Assembly: GCA_036172245.1 (NCBI GenBank)
Contig: JAYWIR010000017.1
Span: forward strand, 1 to 64,000
Length of the DNA: 64,000 nt
From: Raillietiella orientalis
Taxonomy: Eukaryota
Reading direction: 5' to 3'
Below are positions 24,880 to 36,872 of this stretch, in pieces; position 1 is the first letter of the stretch; each line of letters opens with the position of its first letter. The translations under genes and the position numbers were made by a program. Under the pieces are notes generated by a model. That model was not told the origin of the DNA, searched no databases, and was given only the letters and a program-made list of their open reading frames with translations.

Positions 24880-26200
24880 TTATTGCACTGTGTGAAATTT
24901 TGCAATTATTGATTCAGTGCAAGATGAAGCAAAAAAAGTTTTCCCATTGCGGAGTGCTATCAATTGATGCAACCTACGATGGATTGAGAAACAAAAATCG
25001 GTGAAGAAAGTAAACGCATATCTTGAGAAAAGGCAGTTCCGAACATGTATTCCACTGTGATCTTCATATTCCCATTCATATCTTGAAGCTGTTTGGTAAC
25101 TGAGGGCAATGTTGAAAATAAGGCTGCAAAATGGTTCTTCTTTGTGGTTGTTTCTGTACTTATTTCCTCTGATCGTTTTTCTCATTCGCCTGTTATAGAG
25201 TTGCATTTTATGAGAAATTGCAAGTCCCCACCATCCTTTTCGCAAACTTAGAAAACGGTTAGGTATTTGTAAACCATCAAATCCAGCAAACGATGAGCAG
25301 GCGAATCTTTCTTCTAGAGTGATGCCATTGCAGATTGCTAAAGACACGTTACAACAGTTCACCCGACCTACCAGAGGAGTTTCCAAATTTCTTAGTAACA
25401 AACCCGTTGGTCTATGATAAGTGCCCATACAAAGGAGAAGAAAGGTGCAGATGCTGCGATATAATCCTCTGGTGTGCACCATCTTGCGGAAAACACAATT
25501 CATGACTCCTATGGGAACCTTTCACCACAGTACTTTGCATGCAGCCATTTTGCAGCCGTTTTGCCGAAAATTTTCCAAAAATTTGGCATTTTCAGTTCCC
25601 CCAACATTTTTCCAATAGTCCTGGATGGAGTCCCAAATGCGGACCCCTGAATGCAAAATTTGAGATTGTTCACCCTGCATTCTGTCTGTTGCCATGCACA
25701 TGAACTCTCCGAGGAAAAGCAGGATGCTCTTATCCATTCATTTCATGTTTCCATCAGTGGTAGCTGAAATGAATGAGTACTCTTTTATTTTCTCCCATCG
25801 TATAGTGCAAGTAGGTGTTTCGCTATGCAGGCGTTTCTGGTAAAGTTTCACATGCTCGAATGAAAAGTCACCTTGCTCAGCAAATTTTGCTATCAATTTA
25901 AATCCATTGCAACTCATGAGAGGATTTATTAAGTTGATCCGTTGGTTTTCGCTGTGTTACGAATTCGACTTTTCAGAAAAGAGTCCTCGTGCAGAGAAAA
26001 GGGTGCATATGCCAATTGAATGGGTTCGTATTGAAAAATTTCAGAATATCGCATAAACGCATACACGCAAGTTTGCTCTACGTAAAACTCATATTTTCCA
26101 CGCAGAGTTTGTTCCTTTCATCACGAGTGGACAAGTCGCTGTAGTCGCGACCTGCACACATGCATTGAAAGAAGCTTACAAAGATACATTCATGTCACAC
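24880..26200 (-). pseudogene. Long intronless decayed coding sequence, paralogue of 8450-11650
   Basis: The 207-aa ORF 24880-25503 is extended upstream by 25522-25737 and by RINLINPLMSCNGFKL...LHSETPTC. Blocks LIFNIALSYQTAS, SRYAF and LLFLGEFMC are shared with the 8.5-9.7 kb region. Confidence 0.55.
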
Positions 26201-28813
26201 AACAGATTTGAAAGCCCTGAGCAAACAGAGAGGTTGGAAGTATGCAATTTCATTGCAATTTTCTGAACATTGCAGAATCCGTACCATCTTCTGGACACCA
26301 CTTTTTTTTTCATACGTTCTCGCACTTGTTTGTCCATCATGAGTCGCTTGACCATCATGAGTTCCCGTGTGCCTATCCCCTACTTCCTGTTGAGCATAAT
26401 GTTTCCTCTGATCTTTGTTCATTGGTTCATAAATCCCTTCTCACCTTGCAGAAGTTTCTGAATCGCGCAACCTATCAAGTTATGGATTGCATGCATTCAA
26501 CATTGCTCCAGAAAACAAAATATTTGCCCTTATAGGCACTCTCGCTTGCTCTCATCTGTGTCCGTTGTGAGCATTTCGGTAATGGTTGACGAGTCTGACG
26601 TGCATCGAATTTTCGTTCTGAAAGCATTGACATGATATCGGGAGAAGAAAACCCAGAGACTGGTGGCCCACATAAAAAACCCATAAAGGAGAAACAGTTT
26701 GAAATTTTTCGAGCAGAGCGTCGGTAAAGTTCGAACCAACTCTTATAGAAGAGCTCCAAGCTTTAGGTTGAAGCGCAAGATAAGCGCACCGTTCAATGGT
26801 CGTCGGTGATGCAACAAAATGCTTCAATTCTGTGGTTTCCGCTCTGCACACCCAACCATCATTCAGTCTCGGATGATAAACACGAGAACTTTTTAGTCCT
26901 CATATGGATGTCGTGCAAATCAGAATGCAATTCCTTGACGCGAAATCCTCCTGGCATCCTGCACCGTGATCTTTACCGAGATATTCAATCTCGATCTATG
27001 GATGCTCTTCACTATCATTTGAGAGTGCAAAAGCTGCCCACACAAAAAGGGGAGGGAAACAGAAAGATTCCCAAAAAATCATCTAGTCGCCGTAGAGCCA
27101 CTCGCCTGCAGTAAAGTCGACAAATGCCCTAGTGAGATCTGCGAGATTGCGAGCCGCATCTCCTTCTCTCACTGCGTCCTCATCCTCAGTGTAAGCGTAA
27201 GTTCAAGCCAGCTTTGGAACCTCAAAGCGGTGCTTAAGGGAACTCATACTGCATGTGAAAAACGAATCACAGTAATGTAGGATTGCCGATGCGTGCGAGA
27301 GTGCATTTGTTTTCACAAGATCCGCTAAGACGAGAGAACTTCTCATGTACTCATGAGCAAAGAGCACTCGTGTGTTCAATAGCAGGCAGCTTGCATGAGT
27401 TTGTTCAACTATGGAGCTTCTTATCCCAAACGCTCACGCTGTACACGCACCTCGCTGCAGGGTAGCGATTTCGTCTTTGAAATGTAACAGTGCAACGCGG
27501 CGAGTGCTGGACCTGCTCACTCAAGAGTGCGTTTCAAACCAATTCTGTTGCCCCATAGGAGCAGCCACATTAATGCTCTTAGTGGTGACAAGCGAAACCC
27601 TTGGGCTGAACGAGATACCAGCATGGGTGTTTCTCGAGATTTAGAAACGGAGGAAGCAAGAGAATAATCACCTGCGTGTCAATTGCGTCGAATGTTTGTA
27701 CAGACACGGCTACTCTTGCTGGATGCAAAAAAGCACGGTGGTTGGCGGATTATTTGCAAGACCCTGGCTTCAATTCGTAGTTGAAGGAATGTTGATTCTG
27801 TCATTGATGGAATGTGGCATGTTATCGCACCCTTTTTTCCCCGAAAATGGGAAGCCATTGGTTGAAGCCTTCTGAGAACGGCATTTCTTAAACAAGTATC
27901 AGCGCATAATCTTTCCGTACTATTTTGTAGCCATTCACTATGTATCGACTAGCGTGGTAACGAGGCCAGGGAGTGAGCCTGGGAACGATACCCATTGCAC
28001 TCACGCTCCTGTGTGCATCCGATGTCATGAAACGTGCATTCGCGTCAAGAGTCAATAGATCAACGAGCGTTTAAATGCTCACATGGAACTGAAACATGAC
28101 ATCACAAAATATCTCTCGTATTTGTTGTAGAAAAATGCAGACACCTCGCGATCTCTCGGAATTAAGTGCCGTTGATCCTTCTCCACCCCGGGGACACGAG
28201 GCATTCTACCGACAGTGCTGCCAAGAGCAAGACGCAGCTGCAAGGAAAGCTCAGTAACATTTGACTTCGTTGCTACACTTATGATGCAATTCAAATTTCC
28301 TGAAGACTGATAAGAAGGGTTTCTGAGAAAAAAACAAGGCGTCTTTGGAATAAATTCCAAGGAAACACTAGAAGATCCAAAATGTATCCTTGAGCACGTT
28401 GGAGGGTGCAACATCGACCTTTTGTGAGCATCCTGCTGACATGAATCCTGCATTGCAAGTTGCGTTTGTCCCGTGTATCACGACATTCCTAATCAACTTG
28501 GAACACCGTGCTTCCGGCAGCCTCTTCAAGCATTCACGATGCCCAGCTATGAAAACGAAGCTTTGTATTCAAACAAGAGCACGATAGAAGCGACTTGACA
28601 TTGGTAGTTTAGGGAGTCCATTCTTCACACTCGCAACTTTTGCTTTATTACTCAACTCTTGAAGTGCACAAGCGGAATTTTCACTCACTTCACCGCGCCA
28701 CACAAGTATCGCTCCATTGGTCTACGCTCGTGTAAATGCAGTCCTGTCTTCTGTGCTGCATTGCGGACTTCTAAAACCCATTTCCTCTTTCCAAGCTCAT
28801 TCAGCACTGTCGT

Positions 28814-29122
28814 AAACAAACTGTGGAGCCTCAAGCAGCTCTTAGAGATGATTGATGGGTTACTCCACGCAACAACCTTTCCTCATTAATGTTCATCTTG
28901 AGATGTAAACGAGCAACGGAGTAAACTGCCACAGCTAGACACGCTATTGCTGCAGTTGGCAACCGAAAAATAGAGAGTAAGTTGGCCACCGACTGCATGT
29001 GGAGTCCTGGTTGCCGCGATGAACGACTCAAACTATGACGTCACAACCGCCCGTCGTAGCGAAGACGAAGCGGGGCTGCTGCCAGGTTGCAGTTGGAAAA
29101 GACGAATTCGACAGAGGAATGG
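28814..29122 (-). repeat. ~310 bp repeat, copy 2 (inverted)
   Basis: Reverse complement matches 20490-20838. TGACGTCA at 29036. Short ORF MQSVANLLSIFRLPTAAIACLAVAVYSVARLHLKMNINEERLLR. Confidence 0.92.
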
Positions 29123-32100
29123 ATTGAACAAAGCAAAAGTGACCTCTTCATCAGGAGGAATGCAAAGCTGCAAATATTTTCGAGCAGGACAACGCGACTT
29201 CCTGGGCGACTCAGACGAAGTAACTCTTTACGTCAATGAAAGGAGATAAGAAGCCACGGCAATGGGGCATCTGCGCAAAGGACAGATGAAAAATTTAGGA
29301 ATCTCACAGGAAGGACGGGAAAAAAAAACGCTGCAATAGAGAAGGATACAGTAAATTGTTAAAGCTTCCTCCATGCATGGCTGCTAGCAAGGAAAATTTT
29401 AGTTGAACCATTCATTAAAAAAAAGCAGGAGTCTCAGTGTTGAGCAGCTTTTGCTCTCCAGATGTCAGCATGCTTCCATTCAACTTGGTTCTAACCTGAG
29501 CAGGGTGGTCAACCGCCTGCTTTCGTAGACGCGCTACGGTCAGAAGTGAGACAGGCGGCCATAAGAGCTGGAATGCAAGTGGTCTGATGCATTATCTACT
29601 GCTGCGGTTATTGGATTCCAATTCTGATCTCTTGACGTCTTGGAAGAATATTTGCGAAATGATACGAAGAAGAGGAAACATTACTTCCGCTTCTCGAAAT
29701 CCTATCCGTGAAATCTGGTCTTTTTATTTTGCTTCAAATTTTCCTTGAAGCTTGCCAACATATCGTACACATCAAGAATGTGAAACACACTTTTGTGACT
29801 TCACAAACAAATTTCTGAGCTCAAATGTCATGAAGTAAATTCCAAACGGAAAAACACTCTCATCAACGCAAAAAGATCGTTCGCAGATTACATTCCGCGT
29901 TTCTATAGCGCTGTATTCCGAATTTAAAAAAAGGACATTTTCAGCGTGCACAGTGGAAACTCCATTAAAAAGATTGCTTATTGTTTGGAAGATGAGGAAA
30001 CAGACATACACGCTTCAAAAATTCTTCTCGTCTGCCTCATTGGAACACTGTGAAACACTTCCTTCTTTGAACATCTACAGGAATTTCACAATGACCCTTC
30101 CTGCTTCTCTTTATCGAATGGCTGCTCCGCGATGGCAATTAGGATTCAGTCCGTGTCGGATCATGTATTTCCTTGGTTTGACGGAAGCTGTCAATCATGT
30201 TCCAAGGAGTGGCTTCGACTTCCATAACCTCAGTTTTCAAAACGTTTCCAGATCCATCTGTTGACAATACATCGTGAGGAAGAAGTCTGGCTGCTTTTAA
30301 TAGCAGATCCCACCGGAGAGCATGAAGATACTTTTTCATAAGGTCGTGCTTGTTCCAAGCCTCCGTTGAAATCAGCAGCGAAAACTGATCGGAAAATACA
30401 AGAGGGATGCACTTGGGCAAGTACGGCTTCAGCCCACGTCGTGTGTTCTGTACTGTAGGACGATCTCATCCATTGGCCACTCCCCCTCAAGATAAGTATC
30501 TTGTGCAACATGCAGTTGGCGAGAGAAGATGCATTCGGACCACGTGTCAAGATTCCAAAAGACAGGTGTTCCAAGCATTCGTTCCGTGTTTGCACTATAA
30601 AAAACTACTTTCAATTGAAGAATCGTACTCTTCAGAGAAATCTCTCTCAGCATCCTCAGCAGCATGCTTGCCGTGATCTCTGTTTTGCTCGCCCTTGCAG
30701 GGTAAGTCTTTGAAGTGATTGTGTCAACAGACTCTTTACTGTAATACTTGAGAGAGCATGTTGTTTCCTCAGGATCGCTCACAGCAGAGCAGAAGCCCCT
30801 GTTCATACAGTCTTCTTTGGATACAACCCGAATTTGGTAAAAACTGCACCACTCTACTGCGAGATGACGAATCCTTAATTTTTAGCGTCAGCTGTACACC
30901 ACTGTGAAAGTCGGCTCACCGCGGCAGGCATTCAAGCTTAACCCAGACAGCACGTTTGGAAGCACTTGGCTTCCCGATATCGAGTGCGAAACGAAGTGGT
31001 GCAGTGAGTGGTCCACCAAGAAAACCGCCAATGTGTCCTTAACATGATTCTTTTAGAGTGGCATCATCGATTCGACCCTAAAAAATCCAGCACCTGGAAG
31101 GATAAGAAAAAAAGCGTCAAGAGACGGTTTTGGGGATTGACAACGACAGCCAGAAAAGGTTCAGACATCGTAGAGGTAACTCTGCAGTCAAAGGCTTGAG
31201 AGCTGCTAATTGAGATTTATCCAGGTTCTAAATGTCGACAACTCCTCGTCGTTTGTAAAGAAGGATGTCACTCTGGATCTGTTCAGTTTGGACACAAACC
31301 CTACGTATCTGCATAATTTTATGGTCGGAGACGGACTTTTGGGAGTGGACCTAAAGGGTTTGCAAGAGTTCGTTTCTAGGCCAAAGGTCTACGGATTATC
31401 TCTTGGAGAGTAAGAAAAGGAGTGAAGAAAACGTAAATCTGAAATTTGCTTTTTGATAGTGCGTTCGGAACAAAAATAACTTTTGGAGGAGTGGACTCTA
31501 AAGATTGGATAAAAGCAAATAATACAGTCACAAAATCTCTCTTAAGAACCGTAGGAAAGTTCAAAGACGTGCCTACGTTCATATTTAATGAGTGAGCAAG
31601 CATTTTTTAGGTCATGGTAGACATTCAGGTGATTTTGCAGTATTGACAAGATTAGCTTTCGAGTAGTTTGTTTAAAATGAGTAAGGCTGAATCTTGCAAT
31701 ATCGCGAAAAGGTGTTGGTTTTGCATTTGAAAATAGACTCATAATGTGATTTGTCCATCTCTATTTTCGATTCATAGAATTTCGTATGGCACCCAAAAGT
31801 TTGATTTTGGCGATACCAGCGACATGGCGCTGGACAGTGGCAGCCCTTTTTTAGAAGTACCCCAAACATTTTTGGACTCGATAGTGAAGTCACTTTCTGC
31901 AAAGCCTCACCCACCTCATAATCGTCTTTACACGGTGAGCGCTCAAAATTGACGACGTTGTGTTTGCTCACAATGAATAGATGCCCTGCGACGTTCGGGA
32001 TCCTCAAAAACACAAGGATGTGACGTATTCATTGGGTGGAGGCGTCGATGTTCGTCTTGATGTCTTCGAATACACAATCCGGGTAATGGAGAAGTTAGAT

Positions 32101-32724
32101 TACTCAGAGTGACATTTTCTTGCTTCGCTTTCTGTATTTCTTCCGGAAATCTTGATGCTTGGTTCTTCGGAGATTTTTACAACTCGTCTGGTTGTGCGTG
32201 CTTGTCGTCCGCATTCCGTATCTCAGAACTGTTGCATGAGGACAAAATTACATATTTGTTGTTTCGACAGGAATATCCGCCAACAAACCTCTGTTTCCTG
32301 ATTTTTAACAGAGGATTACGACAGGAGCTGGGGAGAAGCTGGACCTTCGGAGTAACACTTTTGCAGAAAGTTTTAGTGAAGTTGTCTCTCTCTGATAACA
32401 GTCAAGGGACAATAACTTTTGCCAACTAGTATTTTGTATCTTTGATTTTTCAGCAATATATTCCTAATTTTCCTTATGTAGTTTTTATTTGCGTGACTGC
32501 TCCCTGCCAGAAAACAATCCTGGAACTTCACGAAGCGATTCTGAGTTGCCAAAGTTCATTGGTACATATCCGCATTCGGATACTCAATTGGTGAACTTGA
32601 GTGTTCCACGAATACTTGATGATTGATTGCATGGAAACTGTTTATTTCCTGCTAGTCCTTCTTTAGATCTCTTCGTTAGGCTACTGAGGAGAATGTCTCT
32701 TTCCGTCACGAGGAAGGCGGAACT

Positions 32725-34442
32725 AAAACGAAGGAAGTCGCCTCTTTTCGTCGATTCAGCGTAGCCTGTTGGAACGTCAATGGGCTGCGCAGGGACGGAA
32801 AGAGGCGCGACGTGTCAGACACCCTGCGACATTTCGATTTGGCGATCCTTCAGGAGATGCATTACATCTCCGATGCGGAGGTTGCCGAAATCGAACAGCG
32901 CGCGGGTGGCACCCTGTACTGGCGAGAAGGTTCTGCACAATCGTGCGGAGTCGGTTTTCTCGTACATAGTAGGATGGCGGGAGCGGTGCGCAGCGTTCGA
33001 TTCGACCAGGAAGGGCGAATGGGCCAACTTGTACTCAAGTGGTCAGATTCAATCGACCTCGTCGTAACGAACGTCTACGCGCCGAGCGGCTTTCATCGGC
33101 GTGTCGAAAGAGTCGAGTTCTTCGGCATGTTGGAAAGCCGATGGTTCAGGAACTCCGGAGCCAGAGTGGCCCATCTCGTCGCAGGGGACTTCAATGTCCA
33201 CCTGCTTTCCAACGAGACGAGGTCCCTGGCGGAACGGTCGCGTGTGGAAGAGGCATGCGCGTCGGTGCACGCGCGTAACTTGAAAGCCGGCGATCCTGGA
33301 CTAGAAACGTGCGTGGTTCATATCTACCTAGATGAACACCTACTCTCACAAGTGGGAAGGAGAGGCAGGGTGCCGTCCACGTTATCGGACCATGATAGGC
33401 TTGAGTTCGAGCTTCTCCCGCCAGGCAAGGGAGCTCTGAACAATGTTTGGCGGATGCCGGCGGATTGGCTCAGTCATCCGGAGGCGGCGGAGCATCTTCG
33501 CCAGTTTCTCCGCGGCTTTGCCATCCGGCAACTCGCAGACTGGGACCATCTTAAAAGATCGGTTTGAGAGTTTTGCGACCGGTTCCCCCTGCACCTGCTA
33601 CCGCGCGGCTTCGGGGAAGGCGTGGCCAATAGCAGAGAATTTCTGCAGGCTCGCACCTTCTCTAGACGTGCGGAAGTCCGGCAACTAGCAGAGTACAAGG
33701 CGAGGGCCGAGCGCCAGGTCTGGAAGTCTGGGGCGGCTATTCTGCTCGACGACCAAGGCCGGGAATGCACGGCTCCTGCCGACGTACAGCGAGCACAAAG
33801 GCGTCACTTCTCCTTGCTCTACGCCAAATCCCCGACGGAGAGAATCCTCTCGGAACTACTTCTGCCGCGGGGTGCACACGGCAACGGCGAGGAGGAACGC
33901 GCTCGTCTCGACGAGCCCTTCACGTTGGAGGAAGTTTCTTCCGCCATCGCAGGACTCAAGAGACGGAAGACGCCAGGTGAGGACGGGCTGCCTGCGGGGT
34001 TCTATCAGAGCTTCGCGGCGGAACTCGTCCCCCTGGTGCTCAGACTCTCGACGCTGATGAGGGTGACGGGCGATGTCCCTTCTTCCTTCCGCTCAGCGAG
34101 GGTGCGTCTCCTTCCGAAAGGAGGAGATCTGCGCCAACTCAACAACTGGCGTCCGATCACGTTAGTGAATACGGACATCAAGTTGTTTTCGAAGCTGTGG
34201 GTCACGCGCCTAGGAAAGGTCGCGGAGTCCGTGGTAAGCCCGGAGCAGTCTTACGCTGTGCCGGGTAGGTCCATGGATGCGAACCTCCTTTTCGCGAGCA
34301 CCGGGTGGCAGCTTCAAGAGCGCGTTGCGGCGGACAGCCGAACAGCGGCTAGACCTTCTGCCGACTGCGAGCGCCAGTGCGGACCGACGGGAGAAAGGCC
34401 GAGAGCCTTGGCAGTCGCATTAGATTTGCATAAAGCATTCGA
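32725..34442 (+). mobile_element. L1/Tx1-like LINE ORF2 5' half (APE endonuclease and RT up to motif A), frameshifted
   Basis: VACWNVN, LQEMH, NVYAP, VAGDFN, LSDH, KTPGEDGLP, NWRPITLVNTDIKLFSK, then ALDLHKAFD, where it is cut. Confidence 0.93.
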
Positions 34443-35495
34443 TTTTTACCCGTATTTCTCCGGGTCGTTTATTTAAAAATAAACTGTACAAAAAGATGTC
34501 AGCCATGCTCCAGCCACGCACCAAGAAACAGAGCCTGCCGGGTCACCGGCTCGCAGACCGGTACGGTCCACCAAGGCAGCAGGGGGAAGGGGGAGAAATA
34601 AAAAATAAGCAAAAAAGAAAGGAAAAGTTGGGAGGGTACGGGAAGGGATCACTGTTGCTGCTGGAGCCGTTCCATCCGTCGCAGGATGCCGGCAAGCTCT
34701 TTCGGTATGGTTGGATCCAGGTGGGGCCATCTCGACGCTCTCCTCAAAAATTGGGAGGCTGGCTGGATGGCACCCTGGTCGCGTTGTCCTCCCGTAGCCT
34801 TGCTCCAGGCGTGGGACGATCCCGCGAAGGCAGCACAGGGCTGCTAACGGGGCCGCTAGCCGAAGGGCGTCGGCAACGTAGAGGACTTTTAAGGCGTCCC
34901 TGGGGTTGCCGCAGGGGATTCCGATGGCCGGGGCAAAGTGGAACCAAAGGGGCCGAAGGGCAACACAATCCACAAGTAGGTGGGGCAGGACTCCCGTTCC
35001 CCACACCTAACACCATTGGGGTTCCCCGCTCCCCAGGTCTAGTGGTGTCGACGGACGCTGCAGGGGAGTCTTCAGTGCTGCAACAGTAGAGCCGACTCCT
35101 GCCATTTAAAGGGAAGGGAGGAGGTGTTCATGAGCACCATTTAAAGGGAAGGGAGGAGGTGTTCATGAGCACCAGGGGCCACTTCAGATGTTCAATGGGA
35201 ACATCGAGCAGCGCGCCTCAGCTCAGAAGTCCATGGTGAGGCGTACTCAGGATCGCAGCGTCTGTTAGCTGTCCCATCTTCCACTCTCCTATTTTCTTCT
35301 TCCTTCCGTAGATTTCGACTATAACCTCCCACTTCGCCGCAACGTCGCTGTCCACATCTTTCAATAGGGAGGCCAGAGCAGCAGCGAAAGGATCTTTCTG
35401 ACCATGCTCTTTTCTTCGGATCCTCAAGGATCTCTCGGGAAGTGAAACTTCTGTAGCTCCCGAACAGGAAGCGTCGTTCCTGTACGGCGCGTTGC
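34443..35495 (-). mobile_element. 5'-truncated LINE 3' end (C-terminal ORF2 and 3' UTR), antisense to host element
   Basis: Minus strand FTSREILEDPKKRAW and LPHLLVDCVALRPLW...LCCLRGIV match the C-terminus of 2036-3715. Terminus AATAAACGACCCGGAGAAATACGGGTAAAAA at 34473-34443. Confidence 0.88.
35102..35174. repeat. Exact 35-bp tandem duplication
   Basis: ccatttaaagggaagggaggaggtgttcatgagca x2. Confidence 0.95.
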
Positions 35496-35705
35496 ATGCC
35501 GCTGTGTGCTCAAGTGCGAACGGTTTCCTTCCACCCGCCCACTATTTTTATCTATTTATTGTCCCCTCCCTGCCGTTCCGAACTCTCAGTGTGCCCGGCC
35601 TGAGTGCCGGGAACCCTCCTCCCCATCTTCTGTCCCCCTTGCCTGGGAACACAGTTCCCAGATGATTTCCTTTTAATAAACGTCCCGGCGCGACCGGGTA
35701 ACAAA
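35496..35705 (+). mobile_element. Very short LINE 3' UTR insertion (~210 bp)
   Basis: Pyrimidine-rich UTR with hairpins, ending AATAAACGTCCCGGCGCGACCGGGTAACAAA (family 3' motif). Confidence 0.75.
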
Positions 35706-36872
35706 CGACCACGCGGCAGCTTTTAGTTTTTTCGCGGTGCGGCGCGGTTTCGCTCCGTTTCGCGACGCTCTTTTCTTTTTTCTATTTGTTTTTGGATTTG
35801 AGCACCTGCCATCCAGGCTCCTGGCCATCATCCTCGACCTTCTCGGCGTTTTCCGCCGGGGTCTCGGAGGTGACCTTCTCCTTGGACGCGTTGATCGCAT
35901 CCTTAGCGGCGTTTCGCGCTGCTAATTTCCTTAATTTTTTTGCCGCGCGCTTGCTCGCATTACGTGCAGTCGCTACGCGGACTGAATTGGGGGGGCACAC
36001 CAGACCGGTGTGCCCCGTGCATTTGCTCTGCTGGCACTGCACATTCGGGCACCTCTTCTTAAGGTGTCCCGAGCTGTTGCAGGAACCGCAGTACGTTGGG
36101 TTTCCCCACGTACCAGACGTCAACCAACTCCCCGGTGACCTGAATTTTGTGAGCAAACTCACAACCTTCGCGTACGGTGACTCGCGCCGCCGCCAGGCCG
36201 CAGAGCAACTCGTTGAAGTCCATGAAAGAGGGACTTTCCCCACAAAGTGGACTTTCCCACCGTTGTGAATTTTTCTGTTTCGTTTCGGACGGCCTACTTT
36301 GTCATCCACAACGTTATTCCAAGAAGGTGGACCACTATCGAGCGGTCAACCGTGATCGGGAGGAGTGTCCTGCTGCCCAACGCAACGGGGGACCTCAGCA
36401 ATCGTTGGGAAAGGTCTGCCTGCTTGCAGACCACCTCAACGTACCGGCCCCCGCTCCGGATTTCATCGTGAGAAGGTCCTCTTGTTTAATGTCGTGAGCG
36501 TACATCGCCCTCGAGAAGGCGACCGCGCTCTCCGGACTATACAAATAGCCTACCTTGTAGAGGAGTACTGGGTTGTAGCCTTCCTCAATGTTGGCCCTTT
36601 GCTCAGCCATGGCTACCGACGACAGGGCCGCGTCCACGGCGTTTTACGCCCCCACTGGCGCAAGGAACGACTCGGTGGGGGCGGACACCCCCACCTCCAT
36701 AGTCTCAGAGGCAGATGCGAATATCTTCCCCCGGTCTTCATTGGTGATGGCGTCAGGCATCGCTGCCTGCGCCACCACCGAATCCACGCGAAATACTCAC
36801 TAAAGTCGATGTACCGCTCGCAGAGCTAACGGAAAACACGTCCGTGAGGCGTCGTGAGGGTGCGGTATCTGA
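35706..36872 (-). mobile_element. LINE 5' UTR and ORF1 (CCHC), degraded
   Basis: EGYNPVLLYKVGYLYS and YCGSCNSSGHLKKRCPNVQCQQSKCTGHTGLVC. The 5' motif CGGACGTGTTTTCC is at 36844-36831. Confidence 0.88.
36831..36872 (-). promoter_or_regulatory. Putative internal Pol II promoter (Inr plus DPE) of the LINE
   Basis: TCA(+1)GAT at 36872-36867, with GGACGTG starting exactly at +28 (36843), the canonical Inr-DPE spacing. Confidence 0.55.
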
